The translations under genes and the position numbers were made by a program. The notes beneath the pieces were generated by a model. The model saw only the letters and a list, made by a program, of their open reading frames with translations, ran no database searches and was not told the DNA's origin. From Deltaproteobacteria bacterium (GTDB taxonomy: Bacteria; Myxococcota_A; Polyangia; Polyangiales; Houyiibacteriaceae), in NCBI GenBank assembly GCA_034670305.1, contig JAXMNT010000001.1:160001-224000 (forward strand): a stretch of 64,000 nucleotides of DNA, in the 5' to 3' direction. The first letter of the stretch is position 1, and every line of letters starts with the position of its first letter. Positions 46,658 to 55,852 of this stretch are shown here, piece by piece.

Positions 46658-46972
46658 ATGATCGTTCTTCAAACTTCCTTCGAACTCGTGCGTTCGCTGC
46701 GCGCTCAGGTACTGCCGCTCGTACGCAAACACGACGCTTCGCTAGCGTCACAGATGCAGCGCGCGGCGCAGTCCGTGGTTCTGAACATCGCAGAGGCTCG
46801 GCAGGCGCGAGGACTTCGTTGTCATGACAAGTTCTCGATTGCCTACGGAGAGTGCAGCGAGCTGAAGGCTGCGATTCAGCTCGCTGAGGTCTTTGGGTAC
46901 ATCGACCTGGACGCGACGCTCCTCGATCGGTGCGACTACGTCTGCGCGATGCTGTACAAGCTCAGCCGTTGA
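46658..46972 (+). CDS. Four-helix-bundle protein (23S rRNA IVP / Avd-like), paralog of 35627-35938
   Basis: MIVL start, SLASQMQRAAQSVVLNIAEA, FSIAYGECSELKAA, RCDYVCAMLYKLSR. Confidence 0.9.
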   Translation: MIVLQTSFELVRSLRAQVLPLVRKHDASLASQMQRAAQSVVLNIAEARQARGLRCHDKFSIAYGECSELKAAIQLAEVFGYIDLDATLLDRCDYVCAMLYKLSR

Positions 46973-47053
46973 GGTTCGGCCGGCGTCCAAGGGGCGCCGG
47001 CCCCTGAGCCAAGGGCGGAGCGTCCGCCGGACGCTCCGCTTCGCGCCCGCCCA

Positions 47054-49951
47054 CTACTTCTTCTTCTTGCGGGCGAGGAGTTGTTCGGCCAGCGAGCTTG
47101 CGGGCGGGGCGGCGGGTTCCGGCTTCTCATCGGCCTCGGCCGCTGGCGGTGCCGCTGCCGCTTGTTTGTCGGTGGAGCCGAGTGGCTTGTTGCTGGGAGA
47201 CAGCACCGCGGTGTCTCCGTCCGCGGCGCCGGCGAGGGCTTCTTTGATCTCGTCCGCGGTCTCTTCGTTGCGGGCGCGCTTCTTGGCTGCGATCGCCATG
47301 GCGGCGCTCGATTGCAGCGCTTCCGCGCGCCGGGTCTTCTTGCGGCGGAAACGTTTCGGGATGAGGCGCGCGAACATGCCGGCGGGCAACACCAACCGGC
47401 GCATCGCGACGCCGAGCAGGAAGAAGCACAGCGCGCTCATCAGGAGCGGGGGCCAGAGCGGGTCGTAGGCGTAGGTGGGGGGCGGGCGGTCGCTGAAGAC
47501 TTCGCTCAGGTCCGTGCGGACTTCGCCACCGGTGAGCGCGGCGACTTGGCCGAGCAGCGCGTGGTTGGTTCCGTCGCCGCGCAGCTCGTCGCCGCTCGGG
47601 CGCACCATGCCGGCGCTGCCGACCATGCCGCGGTCGTCTTCGGTGACGGTGACGAGGTAGGGACCCGGCGCGTTCGCGTCGAACGTGCCTTCGTAACGGC
47701 CGGCTCCGGTCTGCTGCAGGTCGACGTCCACTCGGCGACCGCCCGGCGCGGCGACGGTGCCACCGAGGTCGAGGTAGTTGCGGTACTGGCCGGCGTCGCT
47801 GACCGCTTCGACCCGCACCCGGCCGATGCCGTTCTCGATGCGCAGACTGACCTGGGCGTCGCGCCGTTCGGGGGCGCGGGCGAGGTCGCGGGCGAGCTGG
47901 GAGAAGAGCTGGGAGTACCCGGCCCATCCGAGCCACGGTTGCCCGAACTCGGCGCCGACGTCGGTGGTGAAGACGCCGGAACGGCCGACGCCGTGCTGCC
48001 ACACCGCGAGCAACGCGTCTTCGTCGTCCTTGGCCCGCAGCAGCACCGTCGCGCGGTTGCGCGCGTTCACCACCGAGTAGCCGCCGAGCGCGGGTGCGCT
48101 TCCGAAGTCGATGCCGCGGGTCGCGGCGCCCGGCATGATCGGCTCGGCGCGGAACGGCTCTTCCACGATCGCGGCGCGCGAGGCTTCGATGGTCTCCTGG
48201 GTGAAGATGCGCGGCAGCTGCGTCATGTCGTCGACGATGTAGAAGCGGCCGCCGCCGAGTCGGCTCAGGTGCTCGAGTTCCGGTGTGTCCGGGCCGCGGC
48301 CCATGGAGACGATCGAGGTGGTGATGCGGTCCTGCATCGCGCGCCGGACCATCTGGCGGGTGCCGGTCATGTTCTCGGAGTCGTTGCCGTCGCTGAAGAG
48401 CAGGAAGTGTTTGAGCTGCGTCTGCTCCGCGCGGAGCGCGTCGTACGAAGCCTCCATCGTGATGTCGACGAAGATGCCGCCGCCGCCCGGTTGCGCGCGC
48501 CGGACCGTGCCGGCGATCGACGCGGGCGAGTCCACGCTCGTCATCGGCTGCGTCCACTCCACCATCGTGTCCACGTGCATGACGCCGACTCGGTCCATGG
48601 GGCTGAGCAACATCGCCGAGCGCGCAGCGGCTTCGTTCGCCATCTCGAGTTTGGTCACGCCGGGCGAGGCCTCGGCCATCATCGAGCCGCTCTTGTCGAT
48701 GGCGATGATCATCGCGAGGGAGAGCCGGTCGCGGCGCTGCCGCAGATCGAAACGCGCCGGCAGCACTTCTTCGACCGGGGTGTAGGCGTAGCCACCGAGC
48801 CCGAACGAGTCGCGGGCGCCGACCATCAAGAGGCCGCCGCCGAGGTCGCGCACGTACGAAGCGAGCGCGTCCATCTGGTCGCTCGTGAAGGCGCGCGCGT
48901 TCACGTCGCTCAAGACGACCAGATCGTAGGTGGCGAGTTCGCCGAGATCGATCGGGAAGCGGGCCGCGCGCCGGAGTTCGGCTTCGAGTCCCGAGCCCTG
49001 GATGGCGGCGGTGAGCGCCTGTGCTTCGGAGACTTCGCCTGCGGCGACGAGCACCCGGCTGCCCCCGAGCACCCGCATGAACGCGCCGCCTTCGTTGTTG
49101 CGGCGGCCGAGATCGTGGCCAGCGGTGAGCGGCTCGACCAGCACGTCGTAGCGATGCACGCCCGAGTCCGGCGCTTCGTCGCGCATCACCAAGACGTCGC
49201 TGCCCGCGTCGAGCACGGTCTCGGTCTCCGCGAGGGTGGTGCCGTCGCGCATCACCCGGACCCGCGCGGGGGTGCGGTGGGTGGCGCGGGTGACGATGCG
49301 GATCTCGATCGGTTCGCCGGGCCGCGCGGTCGGCGGCACGCGGACCCGTTCCACCGCGACCTCTGGCTCCGGCGCGCGTTCGATCGGCAGCACGTCGACG
49401 ACCACGCCACGGCCCGCTGCCAGCGACGCGGCCGCCAGCGCGTCGCCGCGGGTCTCCACTCCGTCGCTGACGACGACCACGCGGCCGGTGTGTTCCGCGG
49501 GGATGTCGGCGAGCGCGCGCCGGATCCCGGCGGCCAGATCGGTGGCGTCGCGAGGCACGCTGGCGCGCAGTGCGCCGACCGGCGGTCGCGGGGAGGGCAA
49601 GAGCTCCGTGGTCGCGCTGGCGCCGAAGACCACCACGCCGGCTTGGTCGCCGGTCCGCATCGTCTCGATCGACCGACGGATGCTGCGCATCGCATCGTCG
49701 GCGGTCTGGCTCGCGTGGTCGATCGAGCGGCTGCGGTCGACGGCGAAGACCACCGCGAGCCGGTCGATGCGGCGGCCGAACTCGAGCCCTGCGATGGCGA
49801 GCGTCGCGGCGATGCCCGCGAGCGCCATCACCACTTGGATCTTTCGTCGGCGCGATCCGAAGTCGTTCGGGAGCCGGGTGAGCCGCCATACGAGCAGCAG
49901 CAGCAGCGGGGCCGCCAGCGCGAGCAGCCACGGTTGGGAGAGACGCATCAT
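47054..49951 (-). CDS. Membrane protein with two VWA domains and a glutamine-amidotransferase-like domain
   Basis: MIDAS motifs DRSRS and DKSGSM, VSDG/FSDG, GGGLLMVG...SFGLGGY, N- and C-terminal TM. Confidence 0.88.
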   Translation of the reverse strand: MMRLSQPWLLALAAPLLLLLVWRLTRLPNDFGSRRRKIQVVMALAGIAATLAIAGLEFGRRIDRLAVVFAVDRSRSIDHASQTADDAMRSIRRSIETMRTGDQAGVVVFGASATTELLPSPRPPVGALRASVPRDATDLAAGIRRALADIPAEHTGRVVVVSDGVETRGDALAAASLAAGRGVVVDVLPIERAPEPEVAVERVRVPPTARPGEPIEIRIVTRATHRTPARVRVMRDGTTLAETETVLDAGSDVLVMRDEAPDSGVHRYDVLVEPLTAGHDLGRRNNEGGAFMRVLGGSRVLVAAGEVSEAQALTAAIQGSGLEAELRRAARFPIDLGELATYDLVVLSDVNARAFTSDQMDALASYVRDLGGGLLMVGARDSFGLGGYAYTPVEEVLPARFDLRQRRDRLSLAMIIAIDKSGSMMAEASPGVTKLEMANEAAARSAMLLSPMDRVGVMHVDTMVEWTQPMTSVDSPASIAGTVRRAQPGGGGIFVDITMEASYDALRAEQTQLKHFLLFSDGNDSENMTGTRQMVRRAMQDRITTSIVSMGRGPDTPELEHLSRLGGGRFYIVDDMTQLPRIFTQETIEASRAAIVEEPFRAEPIMPGAATRGIDFGSAPALGGYSVVNARNRATVLLRAKDDEDALLAVWQHGVGRSGVFTTDVGAEFGQPWLGWAGYSQLFSQLARDLARAPERRDAQVSLRIENGIGRVRVEAVSDAGQYRNYLDLGGTVAAPGGRRVDVDLQQTGAGRYEGTFDANAPGPYLVTVTEDDRGMVGSAGMVRPSGDELRGDGTNHALLGQVAALTGGEVRTDLSEVFSDRPPPTYAYDPLWPPLLMSALCFFLLGVAMRRLVLPAGMFARLIPKRFRRKKTRRAEALQSSAAMAIAAKKRARNEETADEIKEALAGAADGDTAVLSPSNKPLGSTDKQAAAAPPAAEADEKPEPAAPPASSLAEQLLARKKKK

Positions 49952-51969
49952 GCGCTGGCCCCTCCGCTGCCCATGGCGGTCGGTGCGGCTTTGGCGTCGC
50001 TGTCGCCGCGCTTTGAGATCTTGGTGGGGCCGGGCGTCTTCGACGGGTCGATGCGCTTCGGGGCGCGGGTGGCCCACCAGGCTTCGAGCAGCACGAGCAA
50101 GAGCAACACCCCGGCCACCCACGGCCAGGACTCGCGGTGTTCGCGCGGCGCCGAGAGCGCGGAGCGGGTGTCGTTGCCGCCCCGCGTGAACCGTGCCCGC
50201 GCGCTCAGGTCGCTCTCGCGTTCGTCGAGCAAGCTGCGCAGCGCGTGCAGCTCGCGGTCCCCGGTGCGGATGGCGTAGACGCCCGGATCCGCGCCGACCT
50301 CGACGATGGCGACGCCGCCGCGCGAACGCGCGACGAGGGTCCGGCCACTGGGCGTCGTGACCTGCACTTCTTCTCCATCGAGCGCGGGCACCCGGAGCGG
50401 TTCTCCGAGTGGCGCGACCGGGACGCCGCCGGCGGAGCGGCGCGCGCGCGCCCGCTCGAGCAAGTTGCGGAAGAACACCACGAACGAGGTGTGCGACGAC
50501 CAGTCGGTGCGGTCGGGATCGAACGCGAGGATGGTGCTCTCCCCGTTCGGGCGGCTGACGGAGACGACCGCGGCGCCCGCGTCGGTGTCCACGAGCACTC
50601 GGCCGGCGCCGCCTTCCAGGGGCCGCATCGTGCCGATGTGCACGTCGCTGAATCCGACGAATCGAAGCCGTGCGTCGCTCTCGTCCCAGGTCACGATGCG
50701 GGGCGCTTCGACCTCGGCGCCCACGCTGAGCTCGAAGGCCTGGTCGTCGACCGGCGCGAGCACGACGGAGTCCCCGGCTGGCGGCACGACCGGCGTGTCG
50801 CCGGTGTAGAGGAACAAGCCGTCGAGTGGGGGTTCGTCGGCGTCGCGTTCGGCGAGCGCGGTGAGCGAGGTGGCGAAGAGTTCGACGTCGGCGTCGGAGC
50901 GCAGCACCCGCTGGACCGAACGCGGCGCGGTCCCGACCAGGAACACCGGCAATCGGCGGGAGCCAGGACTCGGCACGACGGCGAGGTCGTCGAGCGAGAG
51001 GTCGTCGTCCAGTGCGCCGCCGTCTCCCGGGGCGATCGACACCCGGACCACCGCCGCGCGCCCGTCGGGGCTCGGCGGCAGGTCGGCGCCCATCACGATC
51101 GACTCGGTCGCGCCTGGTTCGATCGTGACCCGGCGGGACGCCACCACGCCCTCGCGTCCATCGATGGACGCGCTGACGAACACATCGCGCGCTTCGGCGC
51201 CGTGGTGGTGCACCCGCACGAACACGTCGCAGCGGTCGGGGCCTTCTCCGGTCCGCTGCCGCACGTCGGCGTCGATGATCGCGGTGTTCACGAAGGGCGC
51301 CGGGGTGCCATCCGGAGCTTCGTCGCGGACGAGCCGGACTTCCACCGGCGCCCCGGATTGGTCGAGCGCCATCTCGCCGTCTTCGGATCCGTCGGTGAGC
51401 AGCAAGACGTGCGAGCCGCCCGGGGCGTCGCGCAGCCGTTCCGCCGCCACCGCGACCGCGCCTTCCAGGTTGGCGTGGCCGCCGCGCACTTGGAGTTGTC
51501 CGATCGCCTGCTCGAGCGATGCGCGGTCGCTGGTGAGCGGCGCGAGCACGTCGCCTTCGGCGTTGGCTTCCACGAGCATCATGCGGCCGCCGGGAGGGAG
51601 GCTGCGTGCGATGTCGAGCGCCGCATCCCGCGCGTGGGTGAAGCGGGTGGAGTTGCCCTGGCGTGCGGCCATGGACGCGGAGGTGTCGACGACCACTGCG
51701 ACCCACGCGCCGCTCGGCACGCTGCCGGCACCGGCCGGCCGGGCGAGTGCGATCGCGCCCACCACGATCGCGAGGATCTGCAGGAGCAGCGAGACCTGGG
51801 GGATCAGCTTCTTCCACGGGCGCTCTGCGCGCATGTCGCGCAGCGCCTGCTCCCAGAGCAACGTCGAACCGATCACGCGGCGCTGGCGCCGACGTTTCAA
51901 GATGTACAACGCGACGAGCGGCACCAGCAGGCCGAGCCACAACAGCTGCATGGGTGCGAGGAAGGTCAT
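49948..51969 (-). CDS. BatA-like N-terminal domain + VWA membrane protein
   Basis: LVALYILKRRR...STLLW, VDTSASM, LLTDG, C-terminal TM ending LEAWW. Confidence 0.88.
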   Translation of the reverse strand: MTFLAPMQLLWLGLLVPLVALYILKRRRQRRVIGSTLLWEQALRDMRAERPWKKLIPQVSLLLQILAIVVGAIALARPAGAGSVPSGAWVAVVVDTSASMAARQGNSTRFTHARDAALDIARSLPPGGRMMLVEANAEGDVLAPLTSDRASLEQAIGQLQVRGGHANLEGAVAVAAERLRDAPGGSHVLLLTDGSEDGEMALDQSGAPVEVRLVRDEAPDGTPAPFVNTAIIDADVRQRTGEGPDRCDVFVRVHHHGAEARDVFVSASIDGREGVVASRRVTIEPGATESIVMGADLPPSPDGRAAVVRVSIAPGDGGALDDDLSLDDLAVVPSPGSRRLPVFLVGTAPRSVQRVLRSDADVELFATSLTALAERDADEPPLDGLFLYTGDTPVVPPAGDSVVLAPVDDQAFELSVGAEVEAPRIVTWDESDARLRFVGFSDVHIGTMRPLEGGAGRVLVDTDAGAAVVSVSRPNGESTILAFDPDRTDWSSHTSFVVFFRNLLERARARRSAGGVPVAPLGEPLRVPALDGEEVQVTTPSGRTLVARSRGGVAIVEVGADPGVYAIRTGDRELHALRSLLDERESDLSARARFTRGGNDTRSALSAPREHRESWPWVAGVLLLLVLLEAWWATRAPKRIDPSKTPGPTKISKRGDSDAKAAPTAMGSGGASA

Positions 51970-52835
51970 GCGGCGCCCCGCAGGTACTCGAGGAGTGCCC
52001 CTTCGAGATCCACCTCGCCGAAGGCTGGGATGTACGAGATGCCGCGCCGGCGGCAGTACGCGGCGATCGACTCCACAAAGGCGGCGACCCGTTTCTGGTA
52101 CGCCTCGATCGCGCGGTGATCGAGTGAGACGTCGACCGCGGTACCCCGCTCGGAGTCGACCAAGCTGAAGTCGCCGCCAGGGGTGGGGCGCACCTCGTCT
52201 TCGGAGAGGACGTGGAAGATCACCGGCTCGTGCCGCTGCCCCATCAACCGATCGAGTGGCCGCTGATACCCGCCGGGGTCGAGCAGATCGCTGAGCAAGA
52301 CGACGAGTCCAGGACGCGGCCGCCGCGCGAGGAAGGTCTCGACGGTGCGCGCGAGGTCCGTTTCGCCCCCGGCGCTGAGCCCATCGAGGAACCGCAGCAC
52401 GTGGCCGATGCGGCCTTTGCCGCGCGTGGGTGCGAGCGGCGCGCCCATGCCGTCGGCGAAGGGCACCACGCCCACGCGCTCACTGCCGCTCAAACCCACG
52501 TATGCGAGCGCCGCGGCCAACCGTGCGGCGGTCTCGAGTTTGGGCGGCGTGCCGTGGCCGAGCGAGGCGCTGGTGTCGAGCAGGAGGTAGACGCTCAGAT
52601 CCTCTTCGGCGATGTAGAGCCGCAGCACGAGCTCCTCGAGCCGCGCGTACGCGTTCCAGTCGATGCGCCGGATGTCGTCCCCCGGTGCGTACGGCCGGTG
52701 GTCCGCGAACTCTACCGACTGTCCCTTGCGCGTCGACCGCCGCGCGCCACCGGCCGCACCCGCAAACCGTTTGCGCGCGAGCAGGCGCAAACGCGCGAGG
52801 CGCCGGATGAACTCGGGGTCGAGCAGCGAAGACAC
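51966..52835 (-). CDS. DUF58 family protein
   Basis: [40 protein letters not shown]. Confidence 0.93.
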   Translation of the reverse strand: MSSLLDPEFIRRLARLRLLARKRFAGAAGGARRSTRKGQSVEFADHRPYAPGDDIRRIDWNAYARLEELVLRLYIAEEDLSVYLLLDTSASLGHGTPPKLETAARLAAALAYVGLSGSERVGVVPFADGMGAPLAPTRGKGRIGHVLRFLDGLSAGGETDLARTVETFLARRPRPGLVVLLSDLLDPGGYQRPLDRLMGQRHEPVIFHVLSEDEVRPTPGGDFSLVDSERGTAVDVSLDHRAIEAYQKRVAAFVESIAAYCRRRGISYIPAFGEVDLEGALLEYLRGAA

Positions 52836-52844
52836 AGACGTCGA

Positions 52845-54926
52845 TCAGTACTCAGGCGGCTCAGACGGCCGCACCCCCACCGCCCGAGGCTCACCGGAAT
52901 CAGAATCCGGCCCATCGGCATCGGAGTCGGCTCCAGAGTCGGAGTCGGAGTCGGAGTCGGAGTCGGAGTCGGATTCGGATTCGGATTCGGATTCGGCCTC
53001 GGAGTCGGCCTCGGCTTCGGCTTCGGCTTCGGCTTCGGTTTCGGATTCGGCTTCGGCTTCGGAAGCGGAAGCGGAAGCGGCTTCGGAACCGGAACCGGAA
53101 GCGGCTTCGGAAGCGGAAGCGGAAGCTCCAGGCTTCTCCCCCCCCGCCCACCGCTCGAGCCCGCCATCCATCGGCGCCGGTGGCGGGTTCGACGCCAACG
53201 CGGGCGGGATGAAACTCACCCGCGACCCGGCCGCCTCGGCCGCCGCCGCCTCGCGCTTCTCGCGTTGCACCGCCACCGCACTGGCGATCTTGCGAACGCG
53301 CGCTTCGAGCAGCACCCAGAAGAAGAGCGCGAGCAACCCGTAGACGACCACGGGCAGCAACACTTCGATCAGCCGGTGCACCTGGCCGTCATCCGCGATC
53401 TCGATCCCCAAAATGAGGTGCATGATCGGCGAGAACCGCACGAGCATGGGCGGGTCGTCGTCGAGGTTGTCGAGCGAGTCCGGGTTGATGATGACCGAGG
53501 CGAGCAGCGGCATCACGATCAGCACGAGCACCGTGGCGATGCTGAGGACCCGCGCGGCCACGCCGCTGCGCAACACCACCCGCAACCACGCGCCAAAGCT
53601 CGTGGTGAACAGGCACACCGCGGCGGTGCCGGCGGCGATGCACATGAGCCCCGCGTCGGACTGCAGGTGGTCGGGGTGCGATGGGAACATGTAGTAGCGC
53701 GCCGCCGATGCCGCGATGGCGCTGCCGAAGCTGGCCAGTACGATCATCAATCCGGCAAAGCGGGTGGTCGGCGCTGCGCCCGGGCCGAAGATGCCCAGCG
53801 CCTTGCGTGCGGTGCCCTGTTCCTGTCTGCGCAGCTCCCACAGGCGGGGCGGCAGCGGCGGCTCGTTGATGAACATCAACGCCAGGAAGAAGATCGGAAA
53901 CGACCAGAAGATGTTCATGCCCACGGCGGCTTCGGGGATGTCGTGGTGGTCCCACAGGGTCGTGGTGCCGAACATGATGCCGACCATGCCGACCGCCGCG
54001 ACGATGGCCCACCACTTGAACGGGGTGGACCGGTCTTCGGCGGTTGGACGCACTCCGGCGATGGCCGAGGCGAGGAAGAACCACACCAGCATCACCGAGA
54101 CGTAGATCGGGAGCACGCCGAGCAGCAGGAAGGTGTCGCCTTCGAAGAACCGGTTCGCGAGCGCTTCGGTGAACCAGAACGGCCCACTCATCGTCAGGTC
54201 CCAATCGCGCTCGGCGGCTTCGCCAAACGCGGCCAGGATCAGGGTGGCGATGAAGGAGCTCGGCACGAAGATGCCGAGCGAGAGCAGGATCGAAACCCGC
54301 GTCGAGGTGACCCGTGCGGAGAGCGCGATGCCGAGCGCGACCGCGGGGCCGAGCACGAGGATCAAGCCGTAGAAGCCGATGATCACGTGGAGCGGCGAGA
54401 TGCCGCCGAAGAGGAACGCGATGCCGACGATGGGCGCGAACGCGACCAGCACCAGGGAGAACATCCCGAACGAGGCGAGGAACTTGCCCCACACGATGCG
54501 GGCCGGATCCATGCCCGTGAGAATGAGGGACTCGTACGTGCCCATCTCCCGTTCGCCGGTGAGCGAGGTCGCGGCGTGCGCCGGTGCGACGAGGCAGAGC
54601 ACCATCAGCGCCATCGAGAAGAAGAACTGGAAGACGATCTGCCCGACCTGGGCCGGCGCCATCGATTGAGCTGCGATGGACGCGCCGCTGACCAGAACGA
54701 TCAGCGCGACGAGGCCAGTGCTCAAGTACAAGAAGCGGATGAAGAGCTTGGTGCGGAAGACCGTGCGCAGCTCTTTGACCAAGATCGGGTTCGGATCCCG
54801 GAACCACTCGCGGACGCTGGGCACGAGTCCGCGCTTCTTGGGCGGCGGAAGGCTGGCGCCGGCAGAGGGGTCGGCGGGTGCGCCGGGCTCAGGCACCGAA
54901 CTGGGGGTGGCGGTGGAGGTGCTCAT
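52845..54926 (-). CDS. ABC-2 type transporter permease with acidic repeat tail
   Basis: [28 protein letters not shown], many TM helices. Confidence 0.88.
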   Translation of the reverse strand: MSTSTATPSSVPEPGAPADPSAGASLPPPKKRGLVPSVREWFRDPNPILVKELRTVFRTKLFIRFLYLSTGLVALIVLVSGASIAAQSMAPAQVGQIVFQFFFSMALMVLCLVAPAHAATSLTGEREMGTYESLILTGMDPARIVWGKFLASFGMFSLVLVAFAPIVGIAFLFGGISPLHVIIGFYGLILVLGPAVALGIALSARVTSTRVSILLSLGIFVPSSFIATLILAAFGEAAERDWDLTMSGPFWFTEALANRFFEGDTFLLLGVLPIYVSVMLVWFFLASAIAGVRPTAEDRSTPFKWWAIVAAVGMVGIMFGTTTLWDHHDIPEAAVGMNIFWSFPIFFLALMFINEPPLPPRLWELRRQEQGTARKALGIFGPGAAPTTRFAGLMIVLASFGSAIAASAARYYMFPSHPDHLQSDAGLMCIAAGTAAVCLFTTSFGAWLRVVLRSGVAARVLSIATVLVLIVMPLLASVIINPDSLDNLDDDPPMLVRFSPIMHLILGIEIADDGQVHRLIEVLLPVVVYGLLALFFWVLLEARVRKIASAVAVQREKREAAAAEAAGSRVSFIPPALASNPPPAPMDGGLERWAGGEKPGASASASEAASGSGSEAASASASEAEAESETEAEAEAEAEADSEAESESESESDSDSDSDSDSDSGADSDADGPDSDSGEPRAVGVRPSEPPEY
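52915..53126. repeat. Coding hexamer array (SD/SE/AE dipeptides)
   Basis: (tcggag)n(tcggat)n(tcggct)n(gcggaa)n inside the permease 3' end. Confidence 0.85.
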
Positions 54927-55852
54927 TGGAGTTCGCCTCGGGTGACTTCGAGGAAGATGTGTTCGAGGTCGTCGCGTTCGGGTTCGACCCGCGTGACCTT
55001 GAGCCCCGCGCGCACCGCCTCGGCGACGATCTGAGAGACGGCTTCGTCGCCGCCGCTGTAGAGGATCCGGAGGAACCCTTCGGGGCCACGTTCGACGGCG
55101 GTCACGCAGGGGAGGGCGTGGAACGGTGCCTGGCACCCTTCGGGGTATTCGAGCAGACGCAGCTTCACCGCGCGCTCGGGCTTGAGCTGTTGGCCGATCC
55201 GGTCGACCGGACCCGAGGCGAGCACCCGGCCCTTTTCCAGGATCGCGACCGACGAGACCATGTCGGACAGCTCGGTGAGGATGTGGCTCGAGAGCACGAT
55301 GGTCTTGCCGAGTTGCTGAAGCTGCTCGATGAGATCGCGCATCTCGATGCGGGCGCGCGGGTCGAGTCCGTTGGCCGGCTCGTCGAGAATCAGGACCTTC
55401 GGATCGTGCAAGAGGGTGCGGGCGATCGCGAGCCGCTGCTTCATGCCCTTCGACATGGCGGCGACGAGTCGGTCGCGCAGGGGCCCGAGGTCGGTCAGCT
55501 CCATCACCGCGTCGATGTTTCGTTTGCGAGCGTTCGCGGGGATGTCGTACGCAGACGAGAAGAACTCGAGGTACTCGCCCACCGTGACTCGTTCGTAGAC
55601 GCCGAATCCATCCGGCATGAAGCCGAGAACCCGTCGTACGTCGACCGGTCGCTCGACCACATCGATGCCGTCGACGAGCACCCGGCCGTCGCCGGGTTCG
55701 AGCAACGTCGCGATCATGCGCAGGGTGGTGGTCTTGCCGGCACCGTTCGGACCGATGAACCCGAACACTTCGCCCTTGGGCACGTTGAACCAGACGTCGT
55801 GCAACACCTTGAGGTTGCCGAAGCCGTGAGAGACACCTTCGACGCGAATCAT
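54923..55852 (-). CDS. ABC transporter ATP-binding protein
   Basis: GPNGAGKTT, MSKGMKQR, LILDEP, SSHIL. Confidence 0.95.
   Translation of the reverse strand: MIRVEGVSHGFGNLKVLHDVWFNVPKGEVFGFIGPNGAGKTTTLRMIATLLEPGDGRVLVDGIDVVERPVDVRRVLGFMPDGFGVYERVTVGEYLEFFSSAYDIPANARKRNIDAVMELTDLGPLRDRLVAAMSKGMKQRLAIARTLLHDPKVLILDEPANGLDPRARIEMRDLIEQLQQLGKTIVLSSHILTELSDMVSSVAILEKGRVLASGPVDRIGQQLKPERAVKLRLLEYPEGCQAPFHALPCVTAVERGPEGFLRILYSGGDEAVSQIVAEAVRAGLKVTRVEPERDDLEHIFLEVTRGELQ

Noticed and set aside
35627-46972. Diversity-generating retroelement suggested by Avd-like genes
   Set aside because: No reverse transcriptase and no TR/VR pair with adenine-specific mismatches seen in the window
49952-52078. N-terminal 700 aa of the 1674-aa ORF
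   Set aside because: Arg-rich off-frame read of the BatA-VWA gene; the real start is MMRLSQPW at 49951
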